Of a stretch of 64,000 nucleotides of DNA, positions 20,920 to 30,456 are shown piece by piece. The notes under the pieces are model-generated. The model searched no databases. It had not been told where the DNA came from and saw only the letters and a list, made by a program, of their open reading frames with translations. Source of the DNA: Minisyncoccota bacterium (GTDB taxonomy: Bacteria > Patescibacteriota > Minisyncoccia > Phycocordibacterales > UBA9973); assembly GCA_041650615.1 (NCBI GenBank), contig JBAZKU010000001.1, positions 91,763-155,762 on the forward strand, in the 5' to 3' direction. Positions within the stretch are counted from its first letter, which is position 1; every line of letters begins with the position of its first letter. The translations under genes and the position numbers were made by a program.

Positions 20920-20931
20920 AATATATTAAGT

Positions 20932-21882
20932 ATGTCTAAAAAAGTATTATTATCAGGCGTAAAACCAACCGGGGCACCGCATATTGGCAACTATTTCGGC
21001 GCGATGAAGCAGTTTGTGGACCTACAGAAAGATTATGATGGCTATGTTTTTATAGCCGATTATCACGCCTTGAATTTTATTCAAAATAAGGAAGAGATGG
21101 AAAAAAATATCATAGGGGTTTTGCTTGATTATTTGGCTATTGGTTTGGACCCAAAAAAATTAATCATATTCAAACAGTCTGATATTTCCGAACACACGGA
21201 ACTCACTTGGATTTTTGATGCTATTACCACTATGCCATACTTGATGCGCGCGCATGCCTTTAAAGACGCGGAAGCCAAAAATAAAGAAATTTGCGTGGGA
21301 ACTTTCAATTACCCGATGCTTATGGCTGCCGACATTTTGCTTTACGGTCCGGATATAGTACCCGTAGGGGCTGATCAAAAACAGCACGTTGAAATAGCGC
21401 GAGATACCGCCGAAAAATTTAATCATATTTTTGGAGAAACTTTTAAATTGCCGGAACCGATGATTATGAAAGATGTAGCAGTGGTGCCGGGAACTGACGG
21501 AAGAAAAATGTCCAAGAGCTACAATAATCATATTCCGCTTTTTGCCGAATACGAAGAAATAAAAAAATGCGTGATGAACATAGTTACTGATTCAAGCGGA
21601 GGAATTCCAAAAAATGTTTTTGCTATTCATAATCTGCTTCGCCCTGCTTCGGAACTTTTACCGATTTACGAAAGTAAAACAGGGAAATATAAAGAATTGA
21701 AAGAAATACTGATTGAAGATTTGGAAAAATTCATTGCGCCTATGAGGGAAAGACGAAAAGAATTTGCCAAAAATATTCCGGAAGCCTTGAAAATATTAAA
21801 AGCGGGCAGTGAAAAAGCAAAAAAAATAGCCGGAGTTAAAATGGAAGAAGTGCGAAAAAAAATCGGAGTGAGTGTATATTAA
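20932..21882 (+). CDS. trpS: Tryptophanyl-tRNA synthetase
   Basis: SGVKPTG, HIGN, VPVGADQKQH, KMSKS; start moved to ATG 20932. Confidence 0.97.
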   Translation: MSKKVLLSGVKPTGAPHIGNYFGAMKQFVDLQKDYDGYVFIADYHALNFIQNKEEMEKNIIGVLLDYLAIGLDPKKLIIFKQSDISEHTELTWIFDAITTMPYLMRAHAFKDAEAKNKEICVGTFNYPMLMAADILLYGPDIVPVGADQKQHVEIARDTAEKFNHIFGETFKLPEPMIMKDVAVVPGTDGRKMSKSYNNHIPLFAEYEEIKKCVMNIVTDSSGGIPKNVFAIHNLLRPASELLPIYESKTGKYKELKEILIEDLEKFIAPMRERRKEFAKNIPEALKILKAGSEKAKKIAGVKMEEVRKKIGVSVY

Positions 21883-21923
21883 AATTATGTATTTTTAGTT
21901 CTTTCAAAAAGGAGGTGATTCCT

Positions 21924-21953
21924 ATGGGATGGGATATAGATTGGTGGTTCTAA
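21924..21953 (+). CDS. Putative Trp-rich 9-aa mini-ORF (MGWDIDWWF)
   Basis: Perfect SD aaggaggtga at 21909-21918, then ATG GGA TGG GAT ATA GAT TGG TGG TTC TAA. Confidence 0.55.
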   Translation: MGWDIDWWF

Positions 21954-21987
21954 GGGCTGGCAGTAAAGCGACTTTGCCCATCGCGCA

Positions 21988-22032
21988 AAATGGCGAATAT
22001 TCTCGAAAGAGAATATTCGCCATTTCTTTTTC
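21988..22032 (+). terminator. Long intrinsic terminator with GAAA loop
   Basis: aaatggcgaatattctc-gaaa-gagaatattcgccattt followed by T run. Confidence 0.8.
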
Positions 22033-22076
22033 TGCTTTTTTTATTTATTTATTCATGATAAAATACTTAGATACTT

Positions 22077-22143
22077 ATCCCGTTAGAAAATCAACGGGCT
22101 TGTATGAAAGATGAATTTTATTAGTTTAATTTTCTAATGGGAT
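22077..22143 (+). mobile_element. Family A start-codon hairpin element at aspS
   Basis: atcccgttagaaaat...attttctaatgggAT(G). Confidence 0.7.
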
Positions 22144-23554
22144 GCAAAATAGGGTTTATATAAAAGATTTAAAAGATAATATAGGTAAAGAAATAATTAT
22201 CGCCGGCTGGGTGAATATCAGACGCGACCAGGGGAAAATGGTTTTTTTTGATATGCGAGATATGACGGGCTTGGTGCAATGCGTAGTCTTGCCGAGTCAC
22301 GCCGAGGCCATAGAAAAAGCCAAAGAAATTCGCCCTGAATGGGTTTTAAAAATTACCGGTATGGTCAATAAGCGCCCGGACAAAAATGTAAAAGCTGGTG
22401 TCTTAAATGGTGAAGTAGAACTGGAAGTTACGGATATTGAGGTATTAAGCAAAGCAGAAACCCCAGCCATTGATGTATCAACTGATGGATATGAAATAGG
22501 GGAAGAACATAGGCTAGAACACAGATATCTTGATTTACGTAGAGGTCGCATGCAGAAAAATATTCGCAACAGACATAAAGTTGTAAAATTTATTCGTGAT
22601 TACTTGGATAAAGAAAATTTTATTGAGATAGAAACCCCTATACTTTCCAAATCGACAGCTGAAGGGGCTCGGGATTTTATTGTGCCTTCAAGATTGGACC
22701 AAGGAAAATTTTATGCATTACCTCAAGCTCCCCAGCAATATAAACAACTTTTAATGGCATCTGGTATAGAAAAATATTTCCAAATGGCAAAATGTATGCG
22801 TGATGAAGACTTACGAGGGGATCGTCAGCCGGAATTTACTCAACTTGATCTTGAAATGAGTTTTGTAGATCGCGAAGAAGTAATGTCTCTTAATGAAGAT
22901 TTATTGATAAAAATCGTAAAGAAACTGTATCCAGAAAAAGAAATACAAGAAATTCCTTTTCCCAGAATTGCCTACAAGGATGCAATGAAGAAATACGGGA
23001 GTGATAGGCCAGATTTAAGAAAAGATAAGAATAATAAAAATATTCTGGCTTTCTGTTGGGTTGTTGATTTTCCATTTTTCGAAAAAGCAAACAAAGATAA
23101 TAATCCACAGGCAGAAGGTGAATGGACTTTTACGCACAATCCTTTTTCAGCCACACAGCCGCAATTTCACGATGATTTATTAAATAAAAGAAATATTCCA
23201 AATATCCTTACAAATCAATATGATATTATTTTAAACGGTTTTGAAATTGGCGGTGGTTCAATCAGGAACCATGAACCTGAAGCGCTTCTTGCTGTTTATG
23301 AGATAATGGGTGTAAAAAAGGAACAAGTAGAAAAAAATCTATTCTATATGTTAGAAGCTTTTCGTTCCGGTACCCCTCCACATGGAGGTATCGCTTGGGG
23401 TTTTGATCGATTAATGATGGTACTTGAGAATGAATCGAATATCAGAGAAGTAATAGCATTTCCAAAAAATGGTGAAGGGAAAGACTTAATGATGAATTCT
23501 CCTTCAGAAATACCTGAAAAGCAATTGAAAGAATTGGGGATAAAATTAAAGTAA
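22142..23554 (+). CDS. aspS: Aspartyl-tRNA synthetase, short form lacking most of the GAD insertion
   Basis: OB fold, EGARDF, LPQAPQQYKQLLM, RDEDLRGDRQPEF, PPHGGIAWG. Confidence 0.96.
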   Translation: MQNRVYIKDLKDNIGKEIIIAGWVNIRRDQGKMVFFDMRDMTGLVQCVVLPSHAEAIEKAKEIRPEWVLKITGMVNKRPDKNVKAGVLNGEVELEVTDIEVLSKAETPAIDVSTDGYEIGEEHRLEHRYLDLRRGRMQKNIRNRHKVVKFIRDYLDKENFIEIETPILSKSTAEGARDFIVPSRLDQGKFYALPQAPQQYKQLLMASGIEKYFQMAKCMRDEDLRGDRQPEFTQLDLEMSFVDREEVMSLNEDLLIKIVKKLYPEKEIQEIPFPRIAYKDAMKKYGSDRPDLRKDKNNKNILAFCWVVDFPFFEKANKDNNPQAEGEWTFTHNPFSATQPQFHDDLLNKRNIPNILTNQYDIILNGFEIGGGSIRNHEPEALLAVYEIMGVKKEQVEKNLFYMLEAFRSGTPPHGGIAWGFDRLMMVLENESNIREVIAFPKNGEGKDLMMNSPSEIPEKQLKELGIKLK

Positions 23555-26104
23555 AAAATCCTTTATATTTTTTCTATCTCTTTTGAGCCATTCAATATTG
23601 TTTTCCAATTGTTCTATTACTTGCTCCATAGAGCGTTCGGCGCCGGTGGCGCCACGGTGAGCAGCCGCAAATTTTTTAAAAAGCGATAAATGCCTTTTTT
23701 CAGCGCTTCTATCTATTATTTTAATGAGTCCCGCCAATGTATGGTTGCCATCTCCATAATGCGCTACTAATGTCTTCCAATTTTTTTTAACAAAATTTAA
23801 CCAAATATCGCGACCTGCCGGATTTATTCCAACTGACGAGATTATACTTATTACATCCTGTGCTCGAACATCTTTAGATAGCGCGAATTGACATGCTTTT
23901 GATAAAATTTTAGGTTCGGAGAAATATCCCAAGGCGCGACCAATACGCTCTTTTTCTTCGTGAAATTTTTCTTTTTTATACAGTTTTATGAAGGTTTGGT
24001 ATTCTTTCATACCTCCCCAAGTTGCTATTATTGCATAAATAGCGCCGCGAATGTCCGGATTGATATAACCACCTTTTTTCATTATGTTAAATTTCTTTTT
24101 TGCTTTAATTATGATTTTCTTATCCCCCAATCTTCCCAGTTTAGAAATTATAAGCGGTCTAAGAAGCGTATCGTTATATGATTCGGATTTTTTTTCTTCC
24201 CAGTCAAGGCGTTTAAAAGCAGGGGAGAATAGGTCAAATATTAGAAAATCCAGTTTTTCTTTCAATTCTGTTTTAGCCACAAGCTGTTCAAGTCGCGCCA
24301 GTCCGCCAGTAAGTTCAAACCACACAGTATAATTATTTTCATTTTTATATGCTTTTAAAAATTCCAAAGCATAACTGGTTGGAATATCACCCGATTCAGC
24401 CAAAGCGAAGAGGTCTCGGATAATGCCAAGTCTGTCGCAAGGAGAAAGAATTTTATTTTGAACCGGCTTAATTAAATTTTTCAGAAGTGTTTTTTCATAA
24501 GCTATTCTGAAAAATCCGTTTTCGCCTATGTTTATTTTTATCCACGGAAGAGAATTTGGAACGGATATTTTTTTATCCGAAAGAAAAACCATTTTTTTGT
24601 TTTTATCATTTCCGACAAAGACGGGGGTTTGCCAAACGGTTTTATCTTTTGCTTTAATTTTTGATTTAGCACTCATAAAAAATCTGTTTTGAGATAAAGC
24701 AAGCTTATCATTCACAATATCCGTTTTAATAACTGGATAGCCGGATTTAGAAGTCCAGTTATGCATAACACCGGCTACTGGTTTTTTGGAAACCTTTTCA
24801 AAGGCTTTCCATAAGTGAATCGTTTCCGTATTTTTATAACTATGTTTTTTCAAATAATATCTGAGTCCGTTTTTGAAATTTTTCTCGCCCAGATAACTTG
24901 CCAACATTTTTATAATTGCCGGTCCTTTGGAATATGAAATTCTGTCAAATATTTCTCCAATTTCGCTTGGATGACGCACTGTTATTTGAATAGGGTGAGT
25001 AGATAAAAGTGAATCTAATCTCAAAGCCATATTGGATGAAACACTTGTGCTATTGGCGGAAAATTGCGTCCAGATATCCCATTTTGGGAAAAGCTTATCC
25101 ACGGCCAAATATTCTATATATGAAGCGAAACCCTCGTTTAGCCATAAATGGGTCCACCATTCCATGGTAACCAAATTACCGAACCATTGATGGGCAAGCT
25201 CGTGTGCCACAACAAGGGCCACCCATTGCTTTTGGGATAAAGAGGAGTGATTTTCATCAATTAGAAGCGAAGTTTCGCGATAAGTAATTGCTCCCCAGTT
25301 TTCCATGGCGGCTGAAGCAAAATCCGGAATAGCTATCATGTCCAATGTTGGCAATGGGTAGGGAATGGCGAAATATTTCTCAAAAAATTCCAAAGTTTTT
25401 ACGGCGCAATCAAGAGCAAATTTTGCCTGATGTTTTTTGCCGGGAGTGGTAAAGACACGCACTAATTTACCGTTTTTGGTTTTTGATTCTAAATATTCAA
25501 AATCCCCAATAATGAATGCCAAGAGATAAGTGGACATTTTGGGAGTAGGGGAGAATTTTATAATTTCAAATCCGGCACTATGTTCGGCAACAGAGACAGG
25601 TAATGTGTTTGAAATCGCCGTTTTACCTTTCGGCACAATAAGTGATACATGAAAAACGGCTTTATGCGCCGGTTCATCAAAACAAGGGAAAGCTCGACGC
25701 GCATCGGTGGATTCAAACTGAGTGGTGGCCATATGATGTTCTTTACCTTCAAAATAATATTTGCTTCGGTAAAATCCCCGCATTTTTTCATTTAATATGC
25801 CTGCAAAAACAATAGTAAGTTTTATGTCTTTTTTAATGGGAATATATCTGGGGAATAAAAATATAGCTGTTTCGTTTTTATCATCGTAGGATATTTTTTT
25901 GGCAAATATTTTTTCTTTATCAATTACAATACTGGCGGTTTCTATTTCAAGTTCCTTAGAGTGAAGAATAATGGATTTTGTTTTCTTTAAAATAGAAAGG
26001 GTTATCGTCTCCATACCCTCAAAAGTAAAATTCTCCAAATCTGGTTGGAGTTGTATTTCGTATTTTGTTGGAATTACTTTTTTTGAAAGCCGAATATTTT
26101 GCAT
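23546..26104 (-). CDS. pepN: M1 family aminopeptidase
   Basis: AAMENWG and HELAHQWFG...WLNEG zinc motif. Confidence 0.92.
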   Translation of the reverse strand: MQNIRLSKKVIPTKYEIQLQPDLENFTFEGMETITLSILKKTKSIILHSKELEIETASIVIDKEKIFAKKISYDDKNETAIFLFPRYIPIKKDIKLTIVFAGILNEKMRGFYRSKYYFEGKEHHMATTQFESTDARRAFPCFDEPAHKAVFHVSLIVPKGKTAISNTLPVSVAEHSAGFEIIKFSPTPKMSTYLLAFIIGDFEYLESKTKNGKLVRVFTTPGKKHQAKFALDCAVKTLEFFEKYFAIPYPLPTLDMIAIPDFASAAMENWGAITYRETSLLIDENHSSLSQKQWVALVVAHELAHQWFGNLVTMEWWTHLWLNEGFASYIEYLAVDKLFPKWDIWTQFSANSTSVSSNMALRLDSLLSTHPIQITVRHPSEIGEIFDRISYSKGPAIIKMLASYLGEKNFKNGLRYYLKKHSYKNTETIHLWKAFEKVSKKPVAGVMHNWTSKSGYPVIKTDIVNDKLALSQNRFFMSAKSKIKAKDKTVWQTPVFVGNDKNKKMVFLSDKKISVPNSLPWIKINIGENGFFRIAYEKTLLKNLIKPVQNKILSPCDRLGIIRDLFALAESGDIPTSYALEFLKAYKNENNYTVWFELTGGLARLEQLVAKTELKEKLDFLIFDLFSPAFKRLDWEEKKSESYNDTLLRPLIISKLGRLGDKKIIIKAKKKFNIMKKGGYINPDIRGAIYAIIATWGGMKEYQTFIKLYKKEKFHEEKERIGRALGYFSEPKILSKACQFALSKDVRAQDVISIISSVGINPAGRDIWLNFVKKNWKTLVAHYGDGNHTLAGLIKIIDRSAEKRHLSLFKKFAAAHRGATGAERSMEQVIEQLENNIEWLKRDRKNIKDFLL

Positions 26105-26158
26105 ATATTTCCAGTATATCTTTTTTTTGTGAAAATGCTAATATATAAGAATAAATCT

Positions 26159-26971
26159 ATGCTAAAACCTTATTACGAAAAACCGAAATTTAAACTTTAT
26201 CATGCAAATTGCTTAGATATTCTTTCAAAAATTCCAGAGAATTCAGTTGATATGGTTTTTGCAGATCCACCTTACCTGCTTTCAAATGGTGGCTTTTCTG
26301 TTCATGCTGGGAAACGAGTAAGTGTTAATAAGGGGGAATGGGATAAAAGTAATGGTTTAAAAAAAGACTTTGAATTTCATCTTGAATGGATAAAAGCTGT
26401 TAAACGTGTGTTAAAACCAAGTGGGACAATTTGGATTAGTGGAACCTATCATTCAATTTATCAATGTGGTTTTGCACTTCAGGTCGCTGGATTTCATGTT
26501 CTTAATGATATCGCATGGTTTAAGCCAAATGCATCACCTAATTTAAGTTGTCGTTTTTTTACTGCTAGTCACGAGACCCTTGTTTGGGCACGAAAAGATA
26601 AAAAAGCAAAACATATTTTTAATTATAATTTAATGAAAAATGGTACTTGGCCGGAGGATGCACTAAAAAAACCAGGACTCCAAATGCGTTCTGTTTGGTC
26701 TTTAGGAACTCCTAAGCCAGTTGAAAAAAAATTTGGGAAACATCCTACACAAAAACCAGGAGATTTATTGAAGAGGATTATATTAGCAAGTACCAATAAA
26801 GGTGATTTAATAGTTGATCCATTTACAGGGAGTTCAACAACTGGAATCGTGGCACATTTCTATGGAAGAAATTTTATAGGAATTGATACTGAAAAAAAAT
26901 ATTTAGATTTATCAATAAAAAGGTTTAGGGAATTAGAGAAAAATTTAAAAAGTAAAAAGAAAAAAATATGA
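26159..26971 (+). CDS. Beta-class N6A/N4C DNA methyltransferase (DpnIIB-like)
   Basis: FADPPY precedes HPTQKP and DPFTGSSTTG; start moved to ATG 26159. Confidence 0.92.
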   Translation: MLKPYYEKPKFKLYHANCLDILSKIPENSVDMVFADPPYLLSNGGFSVHAGKRVSVNKGEWDKSNGLKKDFEFHLEWIKAVKRVLKPSGTIWISGTYHSIYQCGFALQVAGFHVLNDIAWFKPNASPNLSCRFFTASHETLVWARKDKKAKHIFNYNLMKNGTWPEDALKKPGLQMRSVWSLGTPKPVEKKFGKHPTQKPGDLLKRIILASTNKGDLIVDPFTGSSTTGIVAHFYGRNFIGIDTEKKYLDLSIKRFRELEKNLKSKKKKI

Positions 26972-27588
26972 AGATCATCACACGTACAGTAGCAATAAAA
27001 AATCTTAAAAAACACATTGGTAAAGATTTAAGAAAATTAGCTTTAGAACATAAAATTACAACTTATGAAACTGGTAAGCAAAATAAGGGATGGAAAGGGC
27101 TCGTTTTAGAAAGATTAGCTGGACTTGAAACAAATGTTTCAAAAGCGCCCAATGGTCTTTCCTGGGAGCTTAAATCGGTTGCTTTTCATTACGTTAAAAA
27201 TAAATTAGTACCAAAAGAAACTATGGCGATAACAATGATAAATCCAGAAGAACTAAAAGCTCACTCATTTTTTGAAAGTCATTGTTGGGCAAAATTAAAA
27301 GCTATTGTTTTTTGTGCTGTGCAATGGAATGGAGAAAATTCAAAAAGTGGTGAACTTTTAAAAGTTGCGAGTTTAGATTTTTCAGAAGATGATAAATTAA
27401 TAAAGGAAATAAAAGCTGATTATGATTTTATTCGTAATAAATTAATGACAAAGGGTTTCAAGTCCTTAACAGGGAAAGATGGTAAATGGATACAAGCACG
27501 AACAAAAGGTCCAGGACATGGTTCAACAAGTCGTGCTTTTTATGCACGAACAGCGTTAGTTAAGAAAATTTTTGAAATAGCTTCATAA
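26968..27588 (+). CDS. MutH/Sau3AI-family endonuclease, single domain
   Basis: NKGWKGLVLERLAG, ELKS, IQARTKG and RAFY motifs; ATGA overlap with the methylase. Confidence 0.8.
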   Translation: MKIITRTVAIKNLKKHIGKDLRKLALEHKITTYETGKQNKGWKGLVLERLAGLETNVSKAPNGLSWELKSVAFHYVKNKLVPKETMAITMINPEELKAHSFFESHCWAKLKAIVFCAVQWNGENSKSGELLKVASLDFSEDDKLIKEIKADYDFIRNKLMTKGFKSLTGKDGKWIQARTKGPGHGSTSRAFYARTALVKKIFEIAS

Positions 27589-27615
27589 ATTATTAAAATA
27601 TGTTATAATAGATAT

Positions 27616-28632
27616 ATGTCAAAAACTGATTTAATTAAAAAAATTGAAGAAAAAAGAGGGTCAAAAGTTATTACTTATATTACAAGCGATAAACCAGGTC
27701 CAGTAAATGCTCGTGTAGCTATGGATATTATTCCGATTATCAGTGAACAACTTCGTAAAATAGGGAAAGTAAGTAAAATAGATCTCTTTCTTTATACAGC
27801 AGGTGGAGACACGATGGTTCCCTGGCGTTTAGTTTCTATGATTCGTGAATACTGTGATATTTTTTCCGTGCTTGTTCCTTATAAAGCTCATAGCGCAGGA
27901 ACGATGATAGCTTTAGGCGCTGACGAAATTGTAATGTCCGACCTTTCAGAAATTTCCCCAATTGATCCATCTACAGCAAATGTTTTCAATCCCAATGACC
28001 CAAATAATCCTCAAGCGAAAATTCCAATTTCTGTGGAAGACGTAATTGCATATTTTGATTTAGCTAAAAATAAATTTGGTATAAAAACTGATGAAGATTT
28101 AACAAAAATATTTAATAAATTTACAGAATCAAATCCACAGATCCATCCTCTGGCTCTAGGGAATGTTAACAGAACCCATAATTTAATTCGCTTACTTGCA
28201 AAGCGACTATTAAAAAGCCATGTAGATCCCATAAAAGAAGATCAGATTGAAAAAATAGTTGAATTCTTTACTGAAAAACTTTATTCACATCAATATTTTA
28301 TTGGGAGAAAGGAAGCCAAAGAAGAATTAGGGGTTAAATCGGTTGTTGATGCTGACTCTGAACTTTCGAAGTTAATGTCTGATTTATATACAGAATATGT
28401 GAAAGAAATGGAATTAGGAAGTCCTGTTTGGAATCTTGAAAATGAATTAGGTTTTAATAATAGTCAAAACAAGAAAGAATATAAAATTGCTTTCGTTGAA
28501 AGTAGTTTATTGTCAAAGTTTTATAAAATTACTATGGAATTTCGTCGACAACAGGTAATGATTAATCAAAATGGTATCCAAGTTCCACAAGAGCAAATAG
28601 CCCAACGAGTAGTGGAACAGGGGTGGAAATAA
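27616..28632 (+). CDS. ClpP-class serine protease (SDH_sah family)
   Basis: LFLYTAGGD, AHSAGTMIALGADEIVM, ISPIDP, YSH. Confidence 0.8.
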   Translation: MSKTDLIKKIEEKRGSKVITYITSDKPGPVNARVAMDIIPIISEQLRKIGKVSKIDLFLYTAGGDTMVPWRLVSMIREYCDIFSVLVPYKAHSAGTMIALGADEIVMSDLSEISPIDPSTANVFNPNDPNNPQAKIPISVEDVIAYFDLAKNKFGIKTDEDLTKIFNKFTESNPQIHPLALGNVNRTHNLIRLLAKRLLKSHVDPIKEDQIEKIVEFFTEKLYSHQYFIGRKEAKEELGVKSVVDADSELSKLMSDLYTEYVKEMELGSPVWNLENELGFNNSQNKKEYKIAFVESSLLSKFYKITMEFRRQQVMINQNGIQVPQEQIAQRVVEQGWK

Positions 28633-28637
28633 AGTTT

Positions 28638-29261
28638 ATGCCGCAAACGAAATTTGATTTAAGAAAATATAATTTATTGGCTCTCATAATATTAGTATTT
28701 TTTGTTGGGTTTTTTGCCCATGAAGATCAAGGATTTATAGCCCTATCAAATTTTGTTAAGGATAATTTAGCAGTAATAGCCATTATTATTTCACCGATAA
28801 TAGCTTGGGGGGTTGCAGAAATAGTAAGAAAAAAAAGTGAAAGTAATAAGCAAAAGTATGAAGTTTTAAAAACCCTTATGTCTTATAGACATATTAAGGG
28901 TTCGCATGAATTTTTAAGTGCTTTAAATAGAATAAATCTTGTGTTTGATAGAGATTCTGAAATAAAAGATCTTGTAAAAAATCTTTGGAGATCTTATATT
29001 GATAAAGAAGAAAGAAAAGTAACTAATCAAAAAGAAATAGAATTAATTTATAAAATTTCCAAAAAAATGGGTTTTGATATTTCAGAATTTGAAATAGATA
29101 ATTTTTTTATCTCTGGAACTCAAATAATTCAACCTATTTCACAGAATCAAAATTCGAACAGTACAACTTCACAAAATCAAAGTAATTTATTTTCTCAAGA
29201 TATAAAAACTGATTCAATTACGGCAAATTCTTTTACATATAATCATGTTAGTTATGTGTAA
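28638..29261 (+). CDS. Hypothetical membrane-anchored protein
   Basis: Two N-terminal TM segments then ALNRINLVF helical domain; ATG 28638 preferred to GTG 28623. Confidence 0.7.
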   Translation: MPQTKFDLRKYNLLALIILVFFVGFFAHEDQGFIALSNFVKDNLAVIAIIISPIIAWGVAEIVRKKSESNKQKYEVLKTLMSYRHIKGSHEFLSALNRINLVFDRDSEIKDLVKNLWRSYIDKEERKVTNQKEIELIYKISKKMGFDISEFEIDNFFISGTQIIQPISQNQNSNSTTSQNQSNLFSQDIKTDSITANSFTYNHVSYV

Positions 29262-29268
29262 TTTATTA

Positions 29269-29339
29269 ATGCCCCCTTTCACCAAAAAGTTTATGAGGTT
29301 GTTAGAAAAATTCTCAAGAAAGCTAGTTTTGCATATTAA
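29269..29339 (+). pseudogene. Possible remnant of an MGMT/Atl-family gene
   Basis: FHQKVYEVVRKI reads out of frame with ATG 29269 and stops early. Confidence 0.35.
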
Positions 29340-29384
29340 CTGTGGTATAATATTATTATTAGCCATAATTAGATTATAAAATAT

Positions 29385-29798
29385 ATGTCAATTTTTTTTG
29401 AATGGGAAGAGAATATGTCTGTCGGTGAAGAGACCATAGATTCTCAACATAAAAAATTATTAGCGCAAGTAAATAAGATTATCAATGCTTTAGCTTTTGG
29501 AGTGCATTCAAAAGAGCTGGAAGAAGTGATTAAATTTTTTGACGAATATATAAAAGAGCATTTTGCTTATGAGGAAGGATATATGTCAAAAATTGGCTAT
29601 CCTAAAATAGAAGAACATAAAAAACTGCATCATAATTTTTTTGAAAACTATATTAAATTTAAAAAAGAATTTGAGCAAAATCTTAATAAAGATATTTTAG
29701 CGGCCGATATTGAAAGATATATTGGGGATTGGTGGTTGGAACATATAGGAAAAGAGGATAAAAAATATCGATTATTTGTAGAAAGTAAAAAATCATAG
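29385..29798 (+). CDS. Bacteriohemerythrin
   Basis: IDSQHKKL, HFAYEE, HKKLH, HIGKED iron ligands. Confidence 0.93.
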   Translation: MSIFFEWEENMSVGEETIDSQHKKLLAQVNKIINALAFGVHSKELEEVIKFFDEYIKEHFAYEEGYMSKIGYPKIEEHKKLHHNFFENYIKFKKEFEQNLNKDILAADIERYIGDWWLEHIGKEDKKYRLFVESKKS

Positions 29799-29865
29799 AA
29801 AAGATTTTGTGGGTTAATTATGCTATAATAGAAACATATTATTAATTAATAGAAGTAAAAATAAC

Positions 29866-30123
29866 ATGGTAGCAACAAAAGGTTCTGCATTTATGAAGCC
29901 AATGAACATAAGCGCTGAGTTGGCAGAAGTAGTAGGCAAGGGTCCTATGCCTAGGTCCGAGGTGGTAAAGGCATTGTGGGTATACATCAAGAAGAACAAT
30001 CTTCAAGACCCTAAGAATAAGCGCAATATCAATGCTGATGCTGCGTTAAAGAAAGTGTTTGATGGGAAGAGTGTAGTCAATATGTTTGAAATGACGAAGC
30101 TTGTTTCCAAGCATCTTTCGTAA
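29866..30123 (+). CDS. Stand-alone SWIB/MDM2 domain protein
   Basis: RSEVVKALWVYIKKNNLQDPKNKR..DAALKKVF. Confidence 0.93.
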   Translation: MVATKGSAFMKPMNISAELAEVVGKGPMPRSEVVKALWVYIKKNNLQDPKNKRNINADAALKKVFDGKSVVNMFEMTKLVSKHLS

Positions 30124-30145
30124 GGATTTGATTATTAATTTTTTG

Positions 30146-30260
30146 AAATTTTTAAAATATCAACTTTTCTACGGTACGGATTTTTTGAAGCTTAAAAAAT
30201 CCTGAAGTTCTCGCGCCGTCGCGCTCGAAACCCCTGCGAAAAGCTATATTTAAAAAATTT
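30146..30260. mobile_element. Family E hairpin element copy 1
   Basis: Core 30172-30235 nearly identical to 52907-52970; imperfect AT-rich inverted arms. Confidence 0.75.
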
Positions 30261-30281
30261 TTAATAAAGAATAAAAATTTT

Positions 30282-30341
30282 ATGGCAAAAGGAGATGGAC
30301 ATAGAAAAGAGAAAAAGAAACCAAAAAAGGCAAAAAAGTAA
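30282..30341 (+). CDS. Putative 19-aa Lys-rich peptide
   Basis: MAKGDGHRKEKKKPKKAKK* followed by a terminator. Confidence 0.5.
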   Translation: MAKGDGHRKEKKKPKKAKK

Positions 30342-30350
30342 TTTGCATAA

Positions 30351-30378
30351 AAAATGCCCCTGGTGGGGCATTTTGTTT
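30351..30378 (+). terminator. Intrinsic terminator
   Basis: aaaatgcccc-tggt-ggggcatttt then gttt. Confidence 0.75.
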
Positions 30379-30402
30379 GTAGGAGTATTGAGAAATACAG
30401 GG

Positions 30403-30448
30403 TATACCCCGTAGTAGAACTTTGTTAAAAGTTTCACTACAGGGTATA
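30403..30448. repeat. Hairpin element overlapping a promoter -10 box
   Basis: tataccccgtagtagaacttt...aaagtttcactacagggtata; tacagggtata is directly repeated. Confidence 0.6.
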
Positions 30449-30456
30449 ATAAATAT

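Noticed and set aside
20800-20931. N-terminal extension of TrpS in the ORF track
   Set aside because: It reads through the family D hairpin; the conserved protein begins at ATG 20932 after a -10 box.
21929-22114. 61-aa ORF between trpS and aspS
   Set aside because: It runs through a terminator and a hairpin element; the SD spacing fits ATG 21924 in another frame.
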